The translations under genes and the position numbers were made by a program. 64,000 nucleotides of DNA, taken from IMG/VR virus record IMGVR_UViG_3300043673_000021, positions 1-64,000 of that record; one strand, given 5' to 3'. The notes under the pieces are model-generated. The model did no database searches. It worked only from the letters and a program-made list of their open reading frames with translations, and was not told where the DNA came from. Positions within the stretch are counted from its first letter, which is position 1. Each line of letters opens with the position of its first letter. The DNA comes from a virus. Positions 37,548 through 46,910 of this stretch are shown here, piece after piece.

Positions 37548-37703
37548 ATGATACACCTAATCTTGCTCGTCTTTGCGGTTGTGTTGGCCGTCGTCGCTGG
37601 TTTCGTCAACCCCGCTGAGCCTTGGCGCGGAAGACTTTTGTGTTTTGCTGTGGCTTGCCTCGCGGCGGCTCAACTGGTTTTGGCGGGGCCACTCGGACGG
37701 TGA
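37548..37703 (+). CDS. Small two-TM membrane protein (51 aa, MIHLILLVFAVVLAVVAGFVNPAEPWRGRLLCFAVACLAAAQLVLAGPLGR)
   Basis: Translated by hand; isolated plus-strand ORF downstream of an AT-rich promoter-like region. Confidence 0.65.
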   Translation: MIHLILLVFAVVLAVVAGFVNPAEPWRGRLLCFAVACLAAAQLVLAGPLGR

Positions 37704-38071
37704 ACTGTACGACCGTCTTTTACTATCAGGGCGTCCCGATCGTACAGACAGTTCTTTCCGATGTCTTCCACTACGAACAATAGTGCATCGGCGAGTTGCC
37801 GGGCTTCACTGCTCGAAATGTTGTAGGTACGATGCGATCCGTCACTTTCCGTGACTGCCAGATCAACGAATCCGTCCAGCGTCCCGGCAATCTTGAATTG
37901 GAAACCTGACGCCAGAATCTCTTTCAGTGCCGCGCGGTAGGTTGACCTGAATTCCAATACTTTTCCCTGCATTATGACCTCGACAACCAGAAGTTGGTGA
38001 ACTGCGAACCCGCCGCGACCAGCACGCTGAAGTACGGTCGCCAGGGGCACGTCGACATTGTGCACGGGCAA
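37670..38071 (-). CDS. Hypothetical protein (likely start MQGKVLEF)
   Basis: ORF track; GAGG precedes the internal ATG. Confidence 0.5.
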   Translation of the reverse strand: MPVHNVDVPLATVLQRAGRGGFAVHQLLVVEVIMQGKVLEFRSTYRAALKEILASGFQFKIAGTLDGFVDLAVTESDGSHRTYNISSSEARQLADALLFVVEDIGKNCLYDRDALIVKDGRTVHRPSGPAKTS

Positions 38072-38123
38072 GAACAGAGATCGGCGACGGCGTACTCGGG
38101 GGCTCGGAAGTTGCGGCGTAACA

Positions 38124-38492
38124 TCATTTTGAGACGACCGCCAAGATCCCCACCGGCTCCGGGGATGAAGGATCTCCGTACAGGAGTCTGTTGATTATTT
38201 CTTCTTCCAGCACCAGCTGCTGAGTCTCAGAAAGTTCAGGAGCGGGGGTTAGTTCGGTTACTTGATTAGTGACTTCGTCGACGCGGTATTCCTTGAGGAA
38301 ATCAACCTCGGTCCAAGACTGCGGGTCGAGGCGCGACATCTTGTGCCAGACTGCGGTCCCGCACGCCGGGCAGAGTTCGCGGAAGAACCCCGGGCGCTCC
38401 GGCATTGCGATTGCGAGCGGCGCGTTACAGCAGGGGTAGTCGCCGAAGATCATATTGGTTGGGAGTTTAGCGAAGTCGACGCAGATTGGCAA
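38124..38492 (-). CDS. Zn-binding hypothetical protein
   Basis: PCC...CPACG. Confidence 0.55.
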   Translation of the reverse strand: MPICVDFAKLPTNMIFGDYPCCNAPLAIAMPERPGFFRELCPACGTAVWHKMSRLDPQSWTEVDFLKEYRVDEVTNQVTELTPAPELSETQQLVLEEEIINRLLYGDPSSPEPVGILAVVSK

Positions 38493-38498
38493 TAACAG

Positions 38499-39035
38499 TC
38501 ATGCGGGTACCTGTCGAATGATCTCGGCGATTCGCCTCACGATGTCCGGCACGTCGAACTTCCCATCAGTTCTCAACTTGGCGGAAGCGGCGGCATGAAC
38601 GATGACCTTCGACAGCGACGGGTCACCTGCGTTGTTTCGGAGATGTGCGGATAGCGCCTTCGGGTTTTGCCCGACAAGCTGGGTTAGCGTCAGGAGCCGA
38701 TAGGACAGGCTTGTCCATTCGCGCGGCTCCGGCTGTAGTTCCGACAGTACGGCGCTAACACCCATATTCAGCGGGCTATCTGTGAACTCGTAAGTCTGCC
38801 CGTCCATTTCAAAAGATCCAAGCTTTTCTTTCTTCACGCCAACCATGCGCCCACTCGCGCCAGCCATGAACACCGCCACCGCGTATGAGAACCGGTCTGG
38901 ATCGACCGGCTTGATTGCCCGCAACATCGGCGACAACTTTCGGATTGCGTTACGATTTCTCTTAGCCACTCGGTCTCCTTCAAAGATCGACTTGGGACGG
39001 CGCGGTGCTGATACACCACGTCGTCCTGTGGCCAA
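38499..39035 (-). CDS. Hypothetical protein
   Basis: 178-aa ORF in the track. Confidence 0.55.
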   Translation of the reverse strand: MATGRRGVSAPRRPKSIFEGDRVAKRNRNAIRKLSPMLRAIKPVDPDRFSYAVAVFMAGASGRMVGVKKEKLGSFEMDGQTYEFTDSPLNMGVSAVLSELQPEPREWTSLSYRLLTLTQLVGQNPKALSAHLRNNAGDPSLSKVIVHAAASAKLRTDGKFDVPDIVRRIAEIIRQVPA

Positions 39036-39322
39036 AGTACCACACTTTACATCACAAAGCCAATTGGCACGACAACTGCTTAAGCGAGTATGTCAATAGG
39101 CACATACCACAAAATATAGATGACTCGGACTTCGATATACAATATATTGCGGTATAAGTAACGCGACTTCCGTTAGGTATCGACCACCGAAAACTATTTT
39201 GCCTTTACGTTAACGCTACAATAGATTTTACGGTTTATAATATCAGTGTCATCGCGGTCTCTTCTTTTTCCGCAGGCCGACGTGGTAAATTAACCACACG
39301 AAATCCGGGAGATCTGAAGTTT

Positions 39323-39505
39323 GTGATTCTCGATCAACCATACTGCTCGATTTGCCTTCGGACGATAACCCTCACGCCAGTGAAACAGTCCGGCGACCTC
39401 TGCAAGGATTGCCAGCGAGAGCGGCGCAGGTACCTCGCATCTGAGCGCGCCAAGAACGCCAGTCTCCAGACGAACGGCGCTCGCGTTTACCATCGGAACT
39501 CCTGA
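39323..39505 (+). CDS. Small Zn-finger protein upstream of the recombinase
   Basis: CSIC...CKDC; GGGAG RBS. Confidence 0.5.
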   Translation: MILDQPYCSICLRTITLTPVKQSGDLCKDCQRERRRYLASERAKNASLQTNGARVYHRNS

Positions 39506-39734
39506 TCCTCAGCCTGTGGCCAAATCGCCACACATTCCGCCACGGATTCGTTATACATTTGCCAACTGGCACTTTTCGGGTTGAATGATAATTTCTCGTG
39601 AGAGCGCAGGCGCAGGTTTCCCGGTGAGACTTTCGGTTGAATCGAGGGTGGGGGCGTCTTGTTACCGTTAAGCCCATGTAAATCAGTGGTTTAACGTTGT
39701 GTTGTAGTACCTCGGTCGTGGTACCGTTCGAAGT

Positions 39735-40478
39735 ATGAGACGACTACCGATCAAGACACAGACATCAGGCGCTCTGCACGTTGGCTATGCACGCGTCTCC
39801 ACTCACCAGCAGGCCAGCGAGGGTCTATCCTTGGATGCCCAGCGCTCACGGCTTGAGTCCGCAGCTACCCTGCGAGGTGTAACGCTTGAAATCTTTTCAG
39901 ATGAGGAATCGGGCAAGGACACGAACAGACCTCATTTCCTCTCTCTCCTCACCAAGGTGAAAGCTGGACAGATAGCCTCCGTGACGGTCTGTAAGCTCGA
40001 CAGGTTGACGCGTAGCGTACGTGATCTTCTGGACCTCATGACGCTATTCGAAGCGCACGGTGTGGCATTTATCAGCCTTGCGGAAACCATTGACACCACT
40101 ACCGCTATGGGCCGATTCTTTACCGTCGTACTGGGTGCGATTGCTGAGCTTGAGCGCGGCCTGATCAGTGATCGGACTACCGCAGTGTTGCGCCACAAGC
40201 GGGCATCAGGACTGGCTTGGAATCATGCACCGTACGGCTTCGACAAGTCTGACGGCCGTCTGATGCTGAACGAGTCCGAACTCGCCGTGGCTCACCGCAT
40301 CCTGCAGGCTCGAGTTGATGGTCAATCGTTCGGCGCGATCGCTAAGCAGTTGAATGCAGAGAGTGTGCCGGCGAAAATGGGCGGCCCCTGGTACCCGTCG
40401 ACCGTGTCCTTTGTGTGCGGCAATCGTGATCTGTATGTTAGTGTGTCAAATTTACCACAGCCTAGTGTGGCTGTTTGA
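39735..40478 (+). CDS. Serine recombinase (resolvase catalytic domain plus recombinase DNA-binding domain)
   Basis: 'GYARVST..Q', 'SGK...RP', 'KLDRLTRS', 'AELER..I..RT', 'PYGF', 'IA..LN......GG.W..STV'. Confidence 0.92.
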   Translation: MRRLPIKTQTSGALHVGYARVSTHQQASEGLSLDAQRSRLESAATLRGVTLEIFSDEESGKDTNRPHFLSLLTKVKAGQIASVTVCKLDRLTRSVRDLLDLMTLFEAHGVAFISLAETIDTTTAMGRFFTVVLGAIAELERGLISDRTTAVLRHKRASGLAWNHAPYGFDKSDGRLMLNESELAVAHRILQARVDGQSFGAIAKQLNAESVPAKMGGPWYPSTVSFVCGNRDLYVSVSNLPQPSVAV

Positions 40479-40490
40479 CAACGGTCCTAA

Positions 40491-40530
40491 GCTGTAGCCA
40501 TGTGCTTGAGGCTGTAGCCATGTGCTTGAG
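40491..40530. repeat. Perfect 2 x 20-bp tandem repeat (gctgtagccatgtgcttgag)
   Basis: Read directly; starts 12 bp after the recombinase stop. Confidence 0.9.
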
Positions 40531-40576
40531 CGTAAAAATAGAGAAGTCTACTGATTCTATAGGATTAATGGGTTAA

Positions 40577-40605
40577 TTGACAACATCACCATGCTGTCGT
40601 AGGTT
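40577..40605 (+). promoter_or_regulatory. Sigma70-type promoter P1
   Basis: TTGACA-17 bp-TAGGTT; the ATG of 40612 follows 6 nt later, suggesting a leaderless mRNA. Confidence 0.7.
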
Positions 40606-40611
40606 GGAACC

Positions 40612-40806
40612 ATGAAGAAAACAATTGACCTGAGCGCAGTTCCCGATGAAGATCTGAAGCGAGAATGGGCGCGCCGAAATAGCTTCAAGCGCAAGACTAA
40701 GGCCGGCGGTCGTCCTGTCATCAAGGAGCGCTGCCCCTGCGGAATCATGACCTTAAGGCGCGCTGAATCCCGTAAGCATGTGTGCGAGAAAATAAATGCA
40801 AAATAA
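40612..40806 (+). CDS. Small basic protein, possible regulator
   Basis: 'GGRP...CPCG......A....H.C'; lies between two promoters. Confidence 0.6.
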   Translation: MKKTIDLSAVPDEDLKREWARRNSFKRKTKAGGRPVIKERCPCGIMTLRRAESRKHVCEKINAK

Positions 40807-40809
40807 CTG

Positions 40810-40838
40810 TTGACATAAACACCATGTTGTTTTAGACT
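40810..40838 (+). promoter_or_regulatory. Sigma70-type promoter P2
   Basis: TTGACA-17 bp-TAGACT followed by a TAAGGAG RBS. Confidence 0.75.
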
Positions 40839-40861
40839 TATGAATGTAAGGAGCAAGCGAG

Positions 40862-41083
40862 ATGAGCACAGCAAAGAGTTTCGAAGTTAGAGACATCAAG
40901 TTTTCCGCAGTGGATCGCGCGGTAACATTGGCGATTTACGACACCCTGCGATTCATCAGCCGTATCGCGCGCCGATATGCTGACAGGCTTTCACGCACGG
41001 TCGATATCGATGCATTGCGCGGCGTGACTGACTTATCCGATGCGGATGACTTCAGCACCTCCGTTGATTACTTGGTCAGCTAA
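40862..41083 (+). CDS. Hypothetical protein
   Basis: Strong RBS downstream of P2. Confidence 0.6.
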   Translation: MSTAKSFEVRDIKFSAVDRAVTLAIYDTLRFISRIARRYADRLSRTVDIDALRGVTDLSDADDFSTSVDYLVS

Positions 41084-41181
41084 GCCAAGTTATCGTAGCT
41101 CGGACGTTTCCCGAGTAGCCCAGCTTAGCAAGTGGCATCGACCACAAGCGAGCACGGACAAAAAAGAGAGAGAAAATCGAC

Positions 41182-42225
41182 ATGCATAACATCAATACTT
41201 ACATCGGACGCCAAGCAGCATGGCATAAACTCGGAACGGTAACAGGTTCCTTTCAGACATGGGAACAGATTCAGGCCCACGGTGGACTGAATTTCGTGCC
41301 CTTCAAGGAACAGCTTTTCAGCCAAGATGGAAAGCTCGTAGATGCGTGGGGCGTTTTTCGTCCTGATACCGGAGACTTCCTCGGAGCGGTCGGTAAGGAC
41401 TACACGGTGATCGACCATGCCCAAGGTTTCACGATGATTGATGCTTTGCTCGAAGCGCAAAACGGAGCGCATTACGAAACCGCTGGCGTCTTAGGACTTG
41501 GCGAGGTCGTATGGGGGTTGGCAAATCTGAACACGAGTATCAACGTGGGAACCTCGGGAGACAAGATCGAAATGTTTCTCTTGTTTTCCACTGCACATAA
41601 CGGCAGCTTCAGCCACTCTTACCGCATGACCGGAACGCGCGTGGTGTGTCAGAACACGTTGAATGTTGCCCTGAAATCTAAGACGTCAGCGCAATTTCGC
41701 GTCCGGCATACTATCAACGCTCAAAAGCGCTTGGACAATGCGCACGAAGCACTAGCTTTGATCGGAGAAGAGACTAAAAGCGTTGAGGAAAAACTGAACC
41801 TGTTAGCCAAGCGCCGTATGACGAAGGACACCATGACGACGGTCCTTGATCGGCTGTTCCCTGGCCAGAAGGACGAAGCCAAAATGTCAACGCGTCGCGA
41901 GAATATCCTGTCGGATGTCCTTCGCTGCTACGAGTCAAACGACCGTAACCAATTTCCCGAGCAGCGCGGTACCGCATACAACCTCTTGAACGCCATCACG
42001 GAGTACACGGACCACAAGCGCTCAACGCGGAAGGATGACAAAGGCGAGTCCGCTATGTTCGGTTCTGGCGATCGGCTCAAGTCGCAGGCAATGGAAGTTC
42101 TGTTAGAGACGGCGGCCGGATTGCCAGTTGTGGAGACTCGGACGGTTTACGTTCCGAAGTACACGGCACCCGCCGCGGTTTGCACTGTTTCTCTTTTGGA
42201 TGCGATTCTCTCGGAGGCGAACTAG
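41182..42225 (+). CDS. DUF932 family protein
   Basis: 'AWHKLG...LG.VG..Y..I....F...YETAG.L..G...H.GS......T..RVVCQNTL...GTAY.L.NAITEY.DH'. Confidence 0.85.
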   Translation: MHNINTYIGRQAAWHKLGTVTGSFQTWEQIQAHGGLNFVPFKEQLFSQDGKLVDAWGVFRPDTGDFLGAVGKDYTVIDHAQGFTMIDALLEAQNGAHYETAGVLGLGEVVWGLANLNTSINVGTSGDKIEMFLLFSTAHNGSFSHSYRMTGTRVVCQNTLNVALKSKTSAQFRVRHTINAQKRLDNAHEALALIGEETKSVEEKLNLLAKRRMTKDTMTTVLDRLFPGQKDEAKMSTRRENILSDVLRCYESNDRNQFPEQRGTAYNLLNAITEYTDHKRSTRKDDKGESAMFGSGDRLKSQAMEVLLETAAGLPVVETRTVYVPKYTAPAAVCTVSLLDAILSEAN

Positions 42226-42227
42226 CT

Positions 42228-42326
42228 ATGAGGACTAACCCGCGTTGGTACGCGCCCGTGGGCTACATCCTTATCGGGCTTTTGATCGGGCTTAACGTCG
42301 CAGCGATCATATCAACACTCACCTGA
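42228..42326 (+). CDS. 32-aa single-TM peptide (MRTNPRWYAPVGYILIGLLIGLNVAAIISTLT)
   Basis: GGAGG RBS; translated by hand. Confidence 0.55.
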   Translation: MRTNPRWYAPVGYILIGLLIGLNVAAIISTLT

Positions 42327-42405
42327 CCGCTGAGCCGCAAGCGCTGAAGGTTTCGCGGGCGAGTACCGCGATTCCTTGAGCATTTGAGGTTTAGAGGAGA
42401 TTACA

Positions 42406-43742
42406 ATGCTGCGAATTGAACGACTCACCCACAAAGTGACAGGCGAACCACTGGCGGGTTTCTTTGTCCGTAACGCGATCGGTAAAGCGGTAGCGGTTGG
42501 CGCTTTCTCATCCGATGGCGGGTTTGTGACGCCAACACTCAAGCGCTACTGCCGTGATGTTGATCTCTGCCGGAAGATTGGCGAGTTAACCGGCATCCCA
42601 ATCAAATGGAATCTAACGTTCTGGTGTCGTCACTTCACCAGCCACAACCGGCAGGATTTAATGCGCAGAGTTAGGCGGGAAAGGAAATGCAAATGAATAT
42701 CAGCGAACGTTTACTAGCGGCTGGCTACACCCACAAGCGCACACCGAACGCGATGAACACTGGAAAGCACTTTGTCACCTGCGTCGCGACGGGCGAAGTA
42801 ATCGGCGAATGGACCGCGTTTCAATCGCTCGATTTCCTTAACCGCATCACGGTAGAGAACTTCTTTGGTAAGCAGGTGCGCGTTAGCTACCTGACTATCA
42901 ACCAAGGAAATGGTGACCCGGACGAACAAGAGGACGGCGAGCTAGAGGGCGTTTTCAGTGGCGAATCAGACATCTACGGGAGAACGATTCGGTACCACTT
43001 AAAAACCTCTGAAGGCGATCCCTATTTCATTTTTGCAGATGAAATCACAGAGATTGAGGAATTGGCAGGCGTAAGGCTTAGAAAAGGAAACCAATGAACA
43101 CTACAATCACCATTATCGGCAAATCCGAGATGAAGGGACGCAACGGTTACTCGTCACTAGGGCAGGCGCAGTACGTAATGCTGCCTAACGTGGGAGATCA
43201 GCCAGAACTGCATTACATCGATTTTTTCTCGAAACGCGGAAGCGACGAACCGCCGGCCCGTCTCGTCCTGTCGCGCGAAGATGCGATAGCGTTTAAAGAA
43301 TGGGTCGCGCAGTTGCCAATCGGAGAGCAAACCACATGCCTGCCGTAGCCCACCAATACGAAGCTACAATCCGCCGCGCGGCAATCGAAGCCGCTCAAGC
43401 GTCCATGGATGCGCACGGTTATCTGGTATCGCCCGAGATGGCGTACGACTTCATCCGCGAGCAGGTGTACGCTGAAACCGAACCATGGACGGCGGACATG
43501 CTGCCCGAGGGGATGCCGGACCTGTTCCGCGAGGTCTACACATCATGAGAGCGCCCGTACTCACGATGCCACTGGCCCGCGCAGCAGCGTCCGATGCCGG
43601 TAACCGCTCCATGCGCGTGGGTGGCCGTACGGCATGGAGCGAGGACGACTACAGCGCAGCCTGCGAGGAATTCAACCGGCTGTGGCCAGAAACGCCCCAC
43701 GGGGACGAAATTCCAATTCCTGGCAAACCTGATATTGCCTGA
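42406..43742 (+). CDS. Cluster of five coupled hypothetical ORFs (42406-42696, 42687-43097, 43094-43348, 43336-43548, 43545-43742)
   Basis: Overlapping start/stop codons and RBSs. Confidence 0.55.
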
Positions 43743-43891
43743 ATCCACTTTTGCCTGAAGGGCGAGGTATCTGGCTCACTTTTACAGCCCGTCGATGGCC
43801 TCTCGGGTGAGCCAACCCGCGGTAGCAACACTTGCCGCGGTAACGGCGGGCGGGAAGTATTCCGTCCGTCGAATATTTCAAGGAAGGTATT

Positions 43892-44260
43892 ATGAACAAA
43901 GCCCCCATCTGGACTCTGGAACGAGACGGCGAAACACCCCAACAGCGGGAGGGTGAAACCAAAATCGTCTCGACGAAAACCGGCTACGCGGTAGAAATCA
44001 GCTTCGGCCCGGCCAAGATCCGAGTTCAGTTCGCGACCAAGCAAGAAGCTCTCGCGCTCTTCGGGATGGCGGACACCCCGGCAGTCATGGTGCTGTCGCA
44101 GGTTGAATCAGATACCGTATCCGCGCTGCGCAACCTCGGCACCGATGGCGACCAGGCTACCGCTGCCGTGCGCGATTGCTACAAGGCTGGCGCTGGCACT
44201 TTCGATGTGCTGTTTCGCGCAGCATTGGCCAAAGTGCATGACGGTCGGAGGGTCCAGTAA
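43892..44260 (+). CDS. Protein with a C-terminal RuvA domain III-like helical bundle
   Basis: 'SDTVSALRNLG......AAV........FDVLFRAAL'. Confidence 0.6.
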   Translation: MNKAPIWTLERDGETPQQREGETKIVSTKTGYAVEISFGPAKIRVQFATKQEALALFGMADTPAVMVLSQVESDTVSALRNLGTDGDQATAAVRDCYKAGAGTFDVLFRAALAKVHDGRRVQ

Positions 44261-44323
44261 GGCCCAAATCAAGCAAAGGCTACCGAAGTGCTGATAATAT
44301 TGATGTTAGGAGGGGACCCAACG

Positions 44324-44521
44324 ATGCGCACCGAAATAAACGACGAACGCCGCAAGGTGATGGGCCAGCGCTACACTCCCTGGGCTGGCGGTTTCACCTG
44401 CCGCATTTGCGATGCTCCGCTGCTCGATTGCGATAGCTTCTGCGCGTGCCCTAAGCACTGGGATCGCGTCGTGGAGATCGTGCGACCGGTTGGGCGGGAA
44501 CTGGAACTGGCGACGGCTTAA
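44324..44521 (+). CDS. Small Cys-rich protein
   Basis: CRIC...C.CPKH; GGAGG RBS. Confidence 0.5.
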   Translation: MRTEINDERRKVMGQRYTPWAGGFTCRICDAPLLDCDSFCACPKHWDRVVEIVRPVGRELELATA

Positions 44522-45289
44522 AGCTCAACTTCGCCGCCGTCCGGCCTCTCCCCCGGCGGCTTCCAATAGTCCTTTCCGCGAACCGCATCCAGAAGCACGT
44601 CGCGAATCAAATTGGCGATATTGAAGAACGATTCGCCTTCCGAGTGCAGGCCCTCCATATTCGGCAGGCCTTTGAGCTTTGCAGCCTCGACGTTAGCCGC
44701 AAGCCCCCACTCTCGGACAAGTTCGCAGCATCTCTCGGTGACGCGTTCCTCGGTCTCCGTCTGAACCGCGAGCAATTCATCCGCGATTGAATCTATCACC
44801 CCAGCGGCTTTGTGTGCCCGGCTCAGCGCATCTTCTCGCGTCAGTCTCATATCTCATCCTTAACTTTAACTTTCGAACTCCCCGTTGAAAGCGCGCCCGA
44901 TGATGTCCATGACTTCCTCGCAGGTCAGAAGCACAACCGTGTCAGCTTTAGCGATCATCTCAAACGCGTGGCGAATTCGCGAATCAACCCGTGGCTGCTT
45001 CGTTGGATACGGCTCCAGCCCCATTGCGCTTACGGTATTCGTTGATGTGCTCGAACGTTGGCACCGCGTAGGCGAAAGGGTCATCCCGCGGCTTGGTCGT
45101 CATGCCTTCATCCCTTCCGCTCCATCCGCTTGCCGCTGGGCATGGCAGCCTCGCCATCGCTTCGGAGGGCACCCGGACGATGTGCGAGAAGAATTCGCCA
45201 ATCTGACGGCACCTGGGCCGCGCGGAAGCCCGCGAAGGGGGGCGCTGCAAGTTGGGCGAGTTCGCCGGCGGTTAGGTCGCTGAAGCGGA

Positions 45290-46267
45290 TCACGCGGTGA
45301 CCTTCCCTGATAACCCGCTGCGGATAATGCTCACCAGCACGCGCTCTGCTCCTTCTCGGTTCGGGCCGTCCGGCAACGTCGACGCATCACGCGCCGCGCG
45401 CGCCTGAGCCCAAAGGTCATCCGCCAGAAGCTTCACGTCCTCCAGTTTCCACTTGCCGGTTTTGATCTCCAGTAGTTCAGCGGCATCCTGCCGGTAAACG
45501 TGCATTTCTCCGGTCTTCATGAACTCTACGCACATCCGGAGTAAACGAATCAAATGGGCAGCGTTCTTCGTGTCATACGAGTGGCGGAGTACAAGTTGTT
45601 TGCGCTTCTCGCCCATGTAGCCGATGTTCTCGCCCTTCTTTTGGAAGTTGCGGAGCCGGGCGAGTAGTTTATCCGGTGCCCAATTGACAGCATCACGAAG
45701 TTCGCCGGTATCGCGATCGGGCGCCGGGAAAACCTCGCCTTTATGGTTCGGGTGGATGCCGCGAAACTTCATTTCGGCAGTGACAGCCAAATACTCGCGC
45801 AACTCCTCCGGGTCGCGGCTCTCCATCTTTTCCATTTGCTGGTGTGCGTAACCGGCGAAGGCGTTATAGACGTGCTTGCCGACGAAAAACTGGCGATTAG
45901 CAAAAAGAAGATCCGCGATCGGCTCGACAATCAGGCGGTGCCGGGGCTCAAGCCAGAGCATCGACATGATATTGGGGTTGCCTTGCAGGAGAAGCGAAAC
46001 CGCTTTCCGCGCTTCGTACAACACCACGTCGTACTGGCCAGCCTTGAACTCTTTCGTGCCGCGGCTGCCCCATTCGCCGAGCCCGAAGTAGTCCGTCTCG
46101 GAGCCCACGCAGAAACCCATCAGGTCGATATCGTCAATGCTATCGATGTTTTCCGGCGGAACATACATGCCGTGGGCAATTGACCCGCGATATCCAAGGT
46201 AAAAGCACTCTGGCGGCACCGTGAAAGTCACGCCCGTCTTGTCGGTCATTATCAGCTTTTCCGTCAT
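45290..46267 (-). CDS. DNA polymerase beta-superfamily nucleotidyltransferase (RlaP/YcgL, T4 NrdC.11-like)
   Basis: 'GSIAHG...SIDDIDLMG', 'GNPN....L', 'F.GYA..Q', 'YDTKNAAHLIRLL...ELLEIK.G'; start re-assigned to MTEKLIM. Confidence 0.85.
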   Translation of the reverse strand: MTEKLIMTDKTGVTFTVPPECFYLGYRGSIAHGMYVPPENIDSIDDIDLMGFCVGSETDYFGLGEWGSRGTKEFKAGQYDVVLYEARKAVSLLLQGNPNIMSMLWLEPRHRLIVEPIADLLFANRQFFVGKHVYNAFAGYAHQQMEKMESRDPEELREYLAVTAEMKFRGIHPNHKGEVFPAPDRDTGELRDAVNWAPDKLLARLRNFQKKGENIGYMGEKRKQLVLRHSYDTKNAAHLIRLLRMCVEFMKTGEMHVYRQDAAELLEIKTGKWKLEDVKLLADDLWAQARAARDASTLPDGPNREGAERVLVSIIRSGLSGKVTA

Positions 46268-46494
46268 ATCCTCACCTTGCTGCCTGCCTGTTCCCGCAAC
46301 TTGGTCGCTTCCCGCCACTCGTCCAGCGTATCCAGCATTGGGTTGAGGTAGGTGCCGAAGAAATAGCCCCAATACGCCACATGCCCGGCTTCGACCTTCA
46401 TCACATGGCGCGTCCACTTTTTCGGCTTGATGTGCGGTGCCATGTCAACGCAGTCGCCGGGTTGCGGGTCGATTCTTGGGTCGCGGTCGGTCAC
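46264..46494 (-). CDS. Small SH3-like hypothetical protein ('P.PGD...LDEWR')
   Basis: Paralogous to 59586..59825. Confidence 0.55.
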   Translation of the reverse strand: MTDRDPRIDPQPGDCVDMAPHIKPKKWTRHVMKVEAGHVAYWGYFFGTYLNPMLDTLDEWREATKLREQAGSKVRI

Positions 46495-46910
46495 GCTTCC
46501 ACCATCCTGCATACCCGCGCCGTTGCTGCTTTCAGCGCATCGCCTTCCGTCCGCTCAAGTTGCGGGTATAACTTACCTGCCATCTGCCGAGCGTCCGCAA
46601 GCATTGACTGGTCTGGCATCTCACCGGTGTCCAACTGCTGAACCGCCCGATTCACCAGCGCGTGGATCTTCACAATGGCAACCCAGCAGTCGTCAAGATC
46701 GGCCTTGACACTCTGTTCTCCGCGCTCGAAGGCGTCCGATAGTTCGTCGGCAATCCGCTGGGCATCCTCGGAATCGCCGTAACTCTGCCCCATAACCGCC
46801 GTGCTGTCTGAGGCACGGAGCACATCCCAAGTCCTGTCGTGGCCACATTTGGGACAACCGTTGTCAGCCACTTCAATGAAATATTCCGCCTGCTTTTCTT
46901 CTGTTTTCAT
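46491..46910 (-). CDS. Zn-ribbon hypothetical protein
   Basis: CPKCG; GGAGG RBS. Confidence 0.55.
   Translation of the reverse strand: MKTEEKQAEYFIEVADNGCPKCGHDRTWDVLRASDSTAVMGQSYGDSEDAQRIADELSDAFERGEQSVKADLDDCWVAIVKIHALVNRAVQQLDTGEMPDQSMLADARQMAGKLYPQLERTEGDALKAATARVCRMVEA

Noticed and set aside
39036-39322. tRNA gene or cos/att core in the AT-rich divergent gap
   Set aside because: No cloverleaf, T-loop consensus or identifiable core repeat was seen; it looks like ordinary promoter DNA.
40491-40530. Tandem 20-bp repeat as a mini-CRISPR array
   Set aside because: Only two directly adjacent copies with no spacer, and no cas genes in the window.
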